A stretch of 63,740 nt of DNA, the filler included, from Octopus bimaculoides (taxonomy: Eukaryota): the NCBI RefSeq assembly GCF_001194135.2. It is 6 parts of 5 records of this genome, joined end to end, with 100 filler letters (N's around TTAATTAATTAA, not from the genome) between each part and the next. Parts side by side here need not be neighbours in the genome. Positions count along the whole stretch, not along the records: positions 16,016 to 39,086 come from NC_068983.1; 5 more parts are not named here. One strand, 5' to 3'. The notes under the pieces are model-generated. The model saw nothing but the letters and a program-made list of their open reading frames with translations, ran no database searches and was not told the origin of the DNA. Numbering within the stretch: position 1 is the first letter of the stretch; each line of letters opens with the position of its first letter. Shown in pieces: positions 27,014 to 39,086 of this stretch. Position numbers and translations under genes: made by a program.

Positions 27014-27183
27014 TACTAATGTTTGTACTTCTCATTACAGTTATAATTTCAATTGATTAGAAAATATTTTCAGCTCAGCACATTAAGTATGATATCCTGC
27101 TCTATTTGTTTTTCATGCTGAAATGTCCCACAGGGATTATTTTAATTTTCTTATTCAATAAATTATTTACATTCAAATATATA

Positions 27184-27259
<76 letters not shown>

Positions 27260-27260
27260 T

Positions 27261-27514
27261 GAAGGTGCATGGCTTAGTGGTTAGGGCATTCAGCTCATGA
27301 TTGTAAGGTTGTGAGTTCAATTCCCGGTGTCATGTTATGTCCTTGACCAAGACACTTTATTTCACATTTTTCCAAGCCCACTCAGCTGGAAAAAATGAGT
27401 AGTGCTTGTATTTCAAAAGGGCCAGCTTTGTCACACTCTGTATCATGCTGAATTTCCCTAAGAACTTTAAGATTACACGTATCTGTGGAATGCTCAGTTG
27501 CTTGCTCATTAATT
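27261..27514 (+). mobile_element. SINE with a distinct head and central domain but the family C 3' region
   Basis: Central gtccttgaccaagacactttatttcac...cactcagctgg, then aagggccagctttgtcacactctgt...ctgtggaatgctcag shared with family C. Confidence 0.8.
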
Positions 27515-27904
27515 NNNNNNNNNNNNNNNNNNNNNNNNNNNNNNNNNNNNNNNNNNNNNNNNNNNNNNNNNNNNNNNNNNNNNNNNNNNNNNNNNNNNNN
27601 NNNNNNNNNNNNNNNNNNNNNNNNNNNNNNNNNNNNNNNNNNNNNNNNNNNNNNNNNNNNNNNNNNNNNNNNNNNNNNNNNNNNNNNNNNNNNNNNNNNN
27701 NNNNNNNNNNNNNNNNNNNATATATATATATATATATATAATTAATTATTTGTAGGATTCATTTGAATCAAAGTATTTTAATAATAGGACACCAAGTCAG
27801 GTCAAGATCACCATATCCATGTATATATCATATATGAACACACATATATCAATGGATATACAGACATGTCTTCTAACACTCAGGGAGGCTTTTTTTTTTT
27901 GTCT

Positions 27905-28880
27905 TGAAAGTTACTTGGTGATGTAAAAAGGCACTTAGTACACTTTGTAAAGTGATTGGTGTTAGGAAGGGTATCCAGGGAAAGTCATGCCAAGATAGAC
28001 ATTGGAACTTGACACTAATGTCTACTGTTTTGGCCCTTGTCAAACCAGCCAACCCATGCTACCATGGAATACAAACATTAAATGATGATGACGTCCACCA
28101 TGGCAAAACTGAGTTCTGAAAACACTGTATATAATGTACTCTCCACTCACATGTTACATTGATTCACCGCCTCCAATGTACTGAACTACCTCTCATCATG
28201 CACTATGCCTACCTCTCCTCTCTACTCCTGTGGCCTAACCTGACCTTGTCAGCTTTCTTGTCATCCTCACCCTGTCAACTGTATCATTAATATTCTTCTG
28301 TTCTCCCCCTCCACCTACTCTCTCCTGCATCCCTACTCTCTCCAAGTCATGACTCATTGATCATCACTCTTCAACTTTACCCAACTTTTTTTTACAGTTA
28401 CAAGCTGCTTTTTTATTCCTTTAGTTTCTGCTCTATTTACAATCTTGCAATAATCCCACCCACCCATATACTTATTTTGTGCCTTGAGGGACCACCTTGA
28501 CATCTCATCTATCTCTTCACAGCTCCTACTGATAATTTTTTTCCCCCCTTCCTTACTAAATGTGAGTAACCATGCAGCTCTTCTACATGCTCTGCTTCTA
28601 CCCTTCTCTCATACTCTAACCCCTCATCCCCCAGCATAAAACCAGACCATTCTTCTCTCAGCCTTGTGAGCTGCATGGCAACATCAGCAGTGCTAGTGAC
28701 ACAAAAAAGTACCCAGTACACATGTAAAATAGTTGGCATTAGGAAGGGCATTCAGTTGTAGAAACCATACCAAAACAGACATTAGAGCACAATGCACCAT
28801 GGGCCCAAGGACTGCATCATACTCCAATGTCTGTCCAACTCATGTCAGTATGAAACATAGATGTTAATGGTTAATGATGA
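27905..28880 (+). mobile_element. Two copies of a retroposon 3' end terminating in (GAT)n (about 27905-28092 and 28690-28880)
   Basis: Both contain ..ttaggaaggg.at.cag..., ccaac.catg..a..atg.aa and end in aatgatgat. LINE clade not determined. Confidence 0.6.
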
Positions 28881-29754
28881 TAATCACATACATGCATGTA
28901 TACTTCAACAAGTGTCAAAGTGCATACACAAAGCAGATAACATATTTTATCGATACTTTATAAATTGCCTACCTGTCATGGTCTGACATAGAACAAAAAA
29001 AGTTAAATAAAGGCTCCTATTGTAAAAATTGCCTGGCAACGACAGGATATGCAGCTGTTATGTATGTATGTATGTATGGATGGATGGATGGATATATATA
29101 TATATATATATATACACTCACACACACAGAAATCCAATTATTCCCAAGGTATTTGGCACCAACAGGAAATAGTGAAGTGGAACTGTTTTTAAGTTGTAGG
29201 ATAACAAGATAACCTTTCTTAAGGTGTGCCCCAGTATGGCTACTGTCTCATGACTGAAACAAGTAAAAGATAAACGATCATTGATGAAGGGAATGGAATG
29301 ATGTAAAATTTCAAATTTCTTATGAGTGTAACATATTTCAGAATTTCTCTTTTTGTTTCCATTAGTGGAAATATATTTAATCTGTTTCAGAATAACCTAA
29401 TCAGCATTTTTTGCCAATTCTGGGGTAATGAAAGCTTTCCATTGCAGAAAATTAGATATGAATTTCGATGGAATGAAGGGAAACTAATTTTTTTTTTTTT
29501 AATTGATTCTTTGTAACCTTAGGAAACATTAGTACCTCTGATGGTTTGTTTAGCAATTCATGATAAGCTTGATTATCGTCATACGACTGATAAAATATAA
29601 AAGATATAAATATAAAAAATTAAAAAATGAAATCAATGTTATGAGTGTAATATATATCAAAAATCATCAGTTTTCATGTAATTGGAGATATTATTTGTTA
29701 GTAATCCCTCAGAATTTAAAGAAATTTCAAGATTTTTAAAAGCAAGTGGAAGAA

Positions 29755-29946
29755 TATTGTGTTATTGACTGAGCTTCAGCTCAGTCAATAACACAATAAC
29801 TTGGTTTGGGTCAGATTTAGGATTAGGATTAGTACTCCTTTGCCTAAAGCTTCTGGAAATTATCAAAAAAAAATTTGTTAAAATGTGACAAAAATTTAAT
29901 AAAATATAACATTTTTAATGCTCATAGTGTACGATGAGCATTAAAA
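29755..29946. repeat. Two perfect palindromic hairpins (29755-29798, 29913-29946)
   Basis: 20-bp arms with TTCA loop; 13-bp arms with an 8-nt loop. Confidence 0.9.
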
Positions 29947-30239
29947 TTTTGCATTTTTGATTGATTCACATATACATTTCAAATTCTCTAAATATAGAAA
30001 TAATTTTAATCTAACATGGAGAATAACATTGTCTGGAATGTCAGAATACCAGTTTTGGTCCAAGAAGTCTTTCAATCTAAAATATTTATTTATATTAATG
30101 GAATATGTTAAAATTTCAAATGTTTGTGAATGTTGCTAGAAATTGTTTTCACCTGAAACATTGCATATTATCTACAATAATGAATGTTTGAATGAGAAAA
30201 GTTTTGATAATTCTCAAAACATTTGCACTGACAATCATG

Positions 30240-31110
30240 TCAAGCAAAGATTCTGAAATGTCGCTCTCTATAAACAAATTGTAGTTGAATATTAGCATCA
30301 GTTATGGAAATGAAGCTTGGGAAATTTTGTACAAAAAGAGAAAGATACAGCAGATTCAGTGTGTCTTGGGTGAGAAGAAAAGTAATAGAGATAGAAGTGA
30401 GAATCAGTAGGTTTGAAGTGGATAGAGGTAGATAGGTGGACATTGTTTATGGTGATGGAGATATAGGAGAAAACTAACAGAAGTATCGGATATGTGGATG
30501 TAAATTCTAAGGCAGAGTGAAAGGCTTTAGCAAAAGAGATAACATTGATGAGCTGTTATCTGGTAAGTGTAGTCATGCCAACATAATCATCAATATAATG
30601 ACCATACAGCTTTTGGATGGGACCAGTGAAACGAGCAAAGGTTTGCTTTTCAATGTGGCCTTCAAAGAGGTTGGCATCATTGGGATTCATCCTAGGTTCC
30701 AAAGCAACAGCACTAACTTGTTTATAAAATCCTCCAGAGAAAGAAAAGCTATTAAAGATTAAGACGGTCTCAGTTAGGTGAGGAGTGTAGTTTTACTGGT
30801 TTCAGGGTTTACAAAGGGTTTAAGGGCTAGTAAGCCATTGTTATACGAGATGACAATGTACAATGGTTTGATGTCTGTGGTGAAAAGGTGTTTGGATTCT
30901 CCACACAGAAAAGAAAACAGGTCGAAAAGACATGGTTGGTGTCTTTAATGTGGATAAGACAGTGACAAGAAGTGATAATAGTTTGTCAAGGTATGACGAT
31001 AGACATAATGTGGGACAGTTACAAATGGAAATGATAGCGCAGTAGGGATTTCCAGCACATGAATTTTGGGAATAAAGTAAATAGTGAAGTTTCAAGATGT
31101 GTGTGTAACT
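30240..31110 (-). mobile_element. Decayed Penelope-like RT, related to the 18.4-19.1 kb fragment
   Basis: Across frames: PKIH..GNP, IISICNCPTLCLSSYLDKLLSLLV, RMNPNDANLFEGHIEKQTFARFTGPIQKLYGHYIDD (YIDD at 30586-30597), FHSALEF, LSTSIHFKPTDSH. Many stops and frameshifts. Confidence 0.85.
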
Positions 31111-31138
31111 GGATATAATATTAGATTATGTCTCTTTA

Positions 31139-31190
<52 letters not shown>

Positions 31191-32287
31191 TATATATCAA
31201 AAGGATGTGTTATAATACTATTCCACAGCCATACCAACAACCCAACATACCTCTATCATCAGCTGCCCCACAGATATCATTATGGTTTCAACAACTGGGC
31301 AGTACCATTCAATCCAGCGGTGTCAACAGCACTAAAATATGTGTTCTTTAGGAACAAACAAACCAAAGAAACCACAACTTTCAAATACATTTGCCCTGTG
31401 TACAACCATATCAATAAATAAATTCTATAAGTAAATTACACCACTCCTATATACATCACTAAACAGTGACAACTCTATTAAGTCATACAAAAATTATATT
31501 CCCTACCATCTTCTGTAGTGTAATATAAAAGTAAAAGCTTAATAACCACATATATATATCATTCAACTACAGTAGTAGTTGAATAATATTCTTAAGGCTG
31601 CAATTTACTCACACACAGCATCTTTCAGAGCTTGTCACTAAGTCAGTTCTTAACCAAATACAAAACCGTTAACATTTTTGAAAAGGACTGGTTCCTAGCT
31701 GCATTTTGGCATAAAAAATTGAGATTTAGTCCAGTAGAAAAAAGTTTACATCAAAATTTGTAGCAATGTTATAGGAGAGTAAGCAATGCCACCAATCAAG
31801 TTTAGATCTAAATAATTTTTTTTTTATTTTAAAAGCAAAATATATTTATCTTAGCTTCAGTGATAGAAGAAAGCATGAAGAATTTCATAGTTTTGATCCC
31901 ATGCAACAAAAATTTGTATCAAAAAAGTTGTGAGATAAAATATCATGAAAAAAATCTAAGTAAGGCAAAAAATTGGATTTAAGTATAATTAACTCTTTTA
32001 TTTTAAAAACAAACTATATTTTAATCAAGCTTAAATGATAGAGTTCAATTCAAGGAATTTCAAGGTATCAATCTCTTGCAATGAAATTTTAAAAGAAAAA
32101 AGTTATGAGTGATTGTTTCTTAAATTTGAGGGTGATAATATAGTTCTATACTTTTTTATGAATATAGTTCTAGGAGACCATCAGTGAGGTAAGGCAAAAA
32201 TTATCAATGACACCAATAATTGACACATTTGACACATTATTAATTAGCATAATAGCATAGCCTGGAAAAAAACATGGATTACGGGGT

Positions 32288-33340
32288 AAAATGTGAGCAA
32301 GAGAAATAATATTCTTAAGATTATAAATCTGGAAAAGTACAGGACAAGTTATTACACTTGGAAAAGTTCAGGACAATTTATTACATCTGGTAAAGTACAG
32401 AATAAGAAAATTTTTATTAAAATATTGCAGCTTAGGATAAAATTTGAATATTAAAAATTATTTGATTTTAATTTACAAAGTAACATTATAATTAAAAAAG
32501 GTACCATCATTTTGTTAAAATATTGATTTCTTTATTGCCCACAGGGGACTAAACATAGAGGGGACAAACAAAGGGATTAAGTCAATTACATCAACCCCAG
32601 TACATAACTGGTACTTATTTAATCGACCCTGAAAGGATTAAAGACAAAGTCGACCTTGGCAGAATTTGAACTTAGAACGTAACGGCAGACGAAATACTGC
32701 TAAGCATTTCGCCCGGTGTACTAACAATTCTACCAGCTCGCCACCCTACTTAAAATATTGACACACTAGAATACTTAAAAAATGAGAGCCAGAAGTACCA
32801 ATATAGTTAAAGTTTTATGCAAGGTAGAATAGTATATATGGGAGGCAAATTCATTATGTAAAAAATAGGTTTGTTCAAGACTAAAAATGTGAAGACTTAG
32901 GCAATAGCGCAAACAAATTTTACTGCGGATTTGTTGTTATAGGTAGATTTTACTGTAATATATAGCTAACTTTTTTATTATTCTATTTATTATGTACTAC
33001 TATTATTTTTTATAATCTATTTTCAAATTTCTAATTATTAATTAATAATTTTAAAAAATGAATTTTTTTAAAGTGTGAAAAATATTTTAGATTTAATTTT
33101 TTATTTTTAATAGAAGTAACAAATTATAACAAATAGAAGTAATAACTTATAATAAAATTTTTAGTTTTAATAAAAGCTAATATTTTCTAAATCCAAATAT
33201 TTTATTTGAAATTTTACCCTTAGCTGCAATATTTTTAGTAAAACTTTTCTTGTGCTGTACTTTATCAGATGTAATAACTTATCCTGAAATTTTCCAGATT
33301 TATAATCTTAAGAATATTATTTCTCTTGTCCACATTTTTT
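32288..33340. mobile_element. AT-rich foldback / long-TIR element, interrupted by a SINE
   Basis: About 32288-32470 and 33185-33340 are inverted repeats, including a perfect 39-bp match (32298-32336 vs 33290-33328). The left arm has a tandemly repeated ~28-bp unit. Confidence 0.7.
32528..32745 (-). mobile_element. SINE family A variant with a different 3' tail
   Basis: Family A head and body; tail TTTGTCCCCTCTATGTTTAGTCCCCTGTGGGCAATAAAGAAA. Confidence 0.9.
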
Positions 33341-34959
33341 CATGTAATATATATATATAAGAGTTGAATTTGACCTTATACAGAAATGTATACATAGGTA
33401 ATAAACTTTAATATATATGGATTTAGCATCAAAGCTCTTATTTAAATTTTTTGATATATAACCAAGGAGATCGATTCATAAGGAGTTTACTATAGACCTT
33501 TGTGGACGAATTTTTGATATTTTGGTAATGATTACATGTTTTATCTTACCAATACATTTGGTAGATATNNNNNNNNNNNNNNNNNNNNNNNNNNNNNNNN
33601 NNNNNNNNNNNNNNNNNNNNNNNNNNNNNNNNNNNNNNNNNNNNNNNNNNNNNNNNNNNNNNNNNNNNNNNNNNNNNNNNNNNNNNNNNNNNNNNNNNNN
33701 NNNNNNNNNNNNNNNNNNNNNNNNNNNNNNNNNNNNNNNNNNNNNNNNNNNNNNNNNNNNNNNNNNNNNNNNNNNNNNNNNNNNNNNNNNNNNNNNNNNN
33801 NNNNNNNNNNNNNNNNNNNNNNNNNNNNNNNNNNNNNNNNNNNNNNNNNNNNNNNNNNNNNNNNNNNNNNNNNNNNNNNNNNNNNNNNNNNNNNNNNNNN
33901 NNNNNNNNNNNNNNNNNNNNNNNNNNNNNNNNNNNNNNNNNNNNNNNNNNNNNNNNNNNNNNNNNNNNNNNNNNNNNNNNNNNNNNNNNNNNNNNNNNNN
34001 NNNNNNNNNNNNNNNNNNNNNNNNNNNNNNNNNNNNNNNNNNNNNNNNNNNNNNNNNNNNNNNNNNNNNNNNNNNNNNNNNNNNNNNNNNNNNNNNNNNN
34101 NNNNNNNNNNNNNNNNNNNNNNNNNNNNNNNNNNNNNNNNNNNNNNNNNNNNNNNNNNNNNNNNNNNNNNNNNNNNNNNNNNNNNNNNNNNNNNNNNNNN
34201 NNNNNNNNNNNNNNNNNNNNNNNNNNNNNNNNNNNNNNNNNNNNNNNNNNNNNNNNNNNNNNNNNNNNNNNNNNNNNNNNNNNNNNNNNNNNNNNNNNNN
34301 NNNNNNNNNNNNNNNNNNNNNNNNNNNNNNNNNNNNNNNNNNNNNNNNNNNNNNNNNNNNNNNNNNNNNNNNNNNNNNNNNNNNNNNNNNNNNNNNNNNN
34401 NNNNNNNNNNNNNNNNNNNNNNNNNNNNNNNNNNNNNNNNNNNNNNNNNNNNNNNNNNNNNNNNNNNNNNNNNNNNNNNNNNNNNNNNNNNNNNNNNNNN
34501 NNNNNNNNNNNNNNNNNNNNNNNNNNNNNNNNNNNNNNNNACTACCTCCAAAAAAAATTTTGTATATTCAGAATCTACATGACATAACACATTCGTAAAC
34601 AATTTCATTAAAAATTATCCATTTTTCTGAAAGTTATGATCATCCAAAGTCGGGGTGGGGTAGAAATCTGTAGTTTTGCCTTTGAATCAAACACAAGGAG
34701 ATTTCAGTTCAAGTAAATTTTTTTCATCAATTTCTTCAAAAAGATTTCAGTATAAACTTTCGGAAAATATGTTCAAAAAGAAACAAAAAATGTTCAGTGA
34801 ATCTTTTCAGCTGCAAAAGGCTTTGTATCAATGATGGAAGTTTTTTCTTACCTTTTTGCTGAACTCACAAACTGACTGGTGGGAATAAAATGACCTGTTA
34901 ATTTTCATCTCTATTCATATGTATACATGTGTGTGAGTATGTGTGTGTTACCAGTACCA

Positions 34960-34996
<37 letters not shown>

Positions 34997-35639
34997 GCCT
35001 CTTTCTCTTCCTTCACTGACACTACTCCTTACTTCCACTCCGTTTCAACCCATTTCACACTGTTCTATTCTTTCATCCTCCACTATTGCCAGAGATAAAA
35101 GAGTCAAATACTCTTAGACACACCCGCACACATAAGTCTGTCTCCAGTTTATTTCTTCATAGGGAATTAAGATGGCATTGCTTTCAGTACTGACCAGTTC
35201 TATACTACATACACACACACACACATGTTTGTAATTACCTACATGTTTTCAAATACCACTAAATTGAAGGAAATAATCTATTCCCTCTTTAGTGACATCA
35301 GATCTTATGAATAAGATGAAAATGACCTGTTGTCTCTAAAGTGTCCAAAATTTGATAAAATTGTCCACAGAAAGGATGTAAAGAATTTTTTTTTTTAATA
35401 ACTCATTCTCAAATTTCTCCCTTTCTCTATTGGTATACTAATTATTGCATACAAAAGGTATAAAAATTCAGCATAACCCATCACCAAAATTTTACCATGA
35501 CCTACCCGTGGGGCATGCACCCACATTGGGAATCGTGGCAGTAAAGTATGAATGTATGTTTTACATTAATGTAAAGACAAATATCAGAAGGTAATATTCT
35601 TTCACTAATAAACATAACAATTTATCGCTTGATGGTAAA

Positions 35640-38600
35640 TCACACATGTGGTAGTAGAAAGCATGTCACAAGGTAATTAAGTGTTCAAGTCAACACAGAG
35701 TAGTGTGAGACATACAGAGGTAACAACAATAAAAAAAAAACCTAATTTTTTCTCTTCCAAAATACATAAGCGAGTTTGACTCAGATGATAGGCTATAGAA
35801 ATGGTGACATCTACAATTTCATTACCAATTATAGATTGGTCAAATGAGAATAAATGTGAAGCTTACAATGAATGGATCAACTTTATGAATTTCTGCTTCT
35901 TTATTAAGAGAATAGAAGAAAAACTTAAACACAATAATATCTTGTTTAGCACAGGACCAAAGGGTCCTGTGCAAAGGGTTAATGAAAGATGCCAACATTA
36001 CAACTGAATAGAAAGAATCTTTGAGAAATGTATTTAAAATTTTGATGTCCATTTGATACAGAAGCCAAACAAATGGGTTAAATGGTTAGAATTTTCATCA
36101 GTGCAATAAAATGAAAACTCAGTCAATGAATATTTAAATGAAAGATGTAACTTTGCCATAAACAAGGATGAAAGAATCCTTGAACAAACAATAAAAGGAT
36201 TAAAGTGGGCAAATGTAAAAAGAAGCATCATAAACAATACCTCCACCTTTGCTAAGGCAGAGGTAATAAACCAAATCTTATGTCAGAGGTAGCTATTAAA
36301 AGCATAAGGACATGTTTTGAAGTATCAATGGAAAATACTAATCAATGTGGAAGATGTGGGAAAGCTCACAGAAAAAGAAAAGACTGTTATGCATTTAACA
36401 GAGAATGCAGAAAATGCCATAGATACCATTTTGAAAAATGTTACCATACAAAAGCAACTATATACCAAAATAGTCCACACAGAACAAAGCCCATACAGAA
36501 CCAGAAACTTACCTCATGTGGAACCAGAAAACAAAGCCTGTACAGGTATAGTAAACAAAATATAGATAAGACAAATGTGGATGCCACTTACAAGTCATAA
36601 TATGATTCAGACCAGGAGGAAGAAAATGTATCTATACACTGTAGAAAATAAAGAAGACAAAAGTCTCAATATCAGTGAGCGCAGGGAAATATTTGCTATC
36701 ATAGATTGTAAAAATTCCTATGAAAGTAAATACAAAATAAAAATGAAAATACACACTGGAGCCAATGGAAATATACTACCACCCAGGCTATACAAGCAGA
36801 TGTACCCCCAAAAGATTTGTAAAGCTGCTGGAAAGCCAACAAGTCTCGGAAGATACCACAATATGGTTCAGTAGCCCTTAGCCTTAGACACAAAAATTCC
36901 AACACTATACAAGCCAAATTTTTCGTGTGCAACAATGTTAGGCCTAAGACCTTGTAAAACGTTGGGCCTGGTGCGAATCAACTGTAGTATAACATCAGAT
37001 ACAAGAAAACAACTGCAAAGCATAGAAGACATCAAAAGTGAATACCCTGACATATTTAAATGTATGGAAATTTTCCAGGGAAACAAAAAGTACACATTGT
37101 TGAAAATGCAGCACCAGTGGTACAACCTCCAAAAAAGTATCCAATATACTTGAAAGATTAATTAAAGAAAGAATTGGATAAAATGGAAGACATTGGCGTG
37201 ATCACAAAAGTAAATGAATCAGCAGACCGGATGAATGCAATTTCATGTAGCAGGAAGAAAAATGGTGGGTTATTTATATGTTTAGAGCTAAAACCATTGA
37301 ATAAATGCATTAAAAGAACTTAACCACAAAACCCCAACCCTTGAGAAAATTTCCCGCAAACCAGCAAGTGCTAAATATTTCACAAAATTAGATGCAAAAC
37401 ATGGGTACTGGGCAATACATCTTGATAGGAATCAAGTCTGCTTACATGTTTCCATATACCATTTGGAAAATACAGATAGTTATGGTGTCCATTTGGGTCC
37501 AAGGTGTCTCAGAACATTTTTCAGTGAAAAATGGACCAAATACAGGAGCCATTGGTATATCTGATGAAATTTGCATATATGGCAAAACAATTGAAGAACA
37601 TAATAAGAACTTGAGGACAATAGATAGAGCCAGAAGATATGGTAAGTGCAAAGTGAGACAAAACAGATAAAATTTTATGGTCTTATGTGGAATGAAAATG
37701 GCTCTCACTGAGATCCAGATAAATGTGATTCAATCAAAACAAAACCTACACCTACAAACCTTGAGGAACTTCAGAAATTTCAAGATACAATCCAGTATCT
37801 AAACTCCTTCATACCAGAACTCAGTTCTAGAACAGCTCTACTGTGTTAACTACTCAAGAAAGATACTGAATGGCAATTGAATGACACATGAAAAAGCTTT
37901 TCAAAAATTGAAAGACTGTGTTTATGAAAACATTTGCCTTACTTATTTCAGGCCTAATGCAAAGACAGTGATCCAGATAGATTCTAGCATGTTAAGGCCT
38001 AGATGCAACACTGATCAATGATGGAAAAATTGTTGCATTTGCTAGTAAAAGTCTGACTGATGCTAAGTCAAGATATACAAATACAGAAAGAGAGCTACTT
38101 GCAGTCATGAAAAATTTCACACGTATGTGTACAAAGAAGAGCTTCAAATTTAATCCAACCACAGATCATTGGAAAACATACAGAACAAAAACATTGCACC
38201 TCAAGGGAGCAAAGAATGCTGTTAAGGCTACAACTGGTATGATGCTCAAATCATATAAAAACCAGGTAAAGAAATGAGAGTTCCAGACTATTTATCAAGA
38301 ATACAGCCAACAAGGGAAAGAAATTAAATTAGATCTTACCATACATGCTGTTGATATATCAGTACAGAACCAAATAAGCTACAGAAGAAGACAAAGAACT
38401 GAAAATTCTAAAACAAATAATAACTGGATGGCCAGGGGCTGTGAAAGACATACCAAAAAGTATAAGAAACTGCTAGCCATTGAAAGACTACTTATCAGGT
38501 GAGTGCATAGTCATTCGAAAAAACACGCAAAACACAGTTTTTCAGAGAATCCATGACGCACATCATGGAATTGAAAAGTGTCAGCTCAACGCAAGGAATA

Positions 38601-38880
38601 GTTTTTATTGGAGAGACATAAACAAAGTCATCAAAAGAACTAGAACAATCATGTGAAATATGCAATGGGCATCAGAGAAGAAATACCAAAGAAACAATGA
38701 TGATAGAAGAACACTCAACAAGACCATTCCAAAATATTGCAGCTGACACTTTTTACTTCAATGGTCAACAATTCTTACTTCTTGCCAATCAATACAGCAA
38801 ACTGTCTTTTGTCAAGACTATGAGGAACATCAATAACTGAAGCTACATTGAAAAATTGATTTCAGTAAGTTTGTCTTAGA
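35640..38880 (+). mobile_element. Dead Ty3/Gypsy (Mag-like) LTR retrotransposon internal region
   Basis: Gag with CGRCGKAH...C and C..C..H knuckles. Protease KIHTGA (catalytic D changed to H). RT motifs FTKLDAKHGYW and GISDEICIYG. RNase H motif IVAFASKSLT. Integrase zinc finger (H...HGIEKC...C..C) and start of the core domain. Heavily frameshifted. No paired LTRs identified. Confidence 0.9.
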
Positions 38881-39049
38881 GTGGGATAAAAATTTAGGCT
38901 TCTACTAAGCAGAGCTCATTCAGCATTTCAGTAGGTCTCTGAGAATGGTGTAAAGCAGCATGGAAGAAGTGGGATGATGGCAGATGAGCAGGCAAATTCT
39001 CTTGGTTGTTTGTGTGACTAAAATGTCCAAAAGTTTGCTGCTGTGGTGC

Positions 39050-39086
<37 letters not shown>

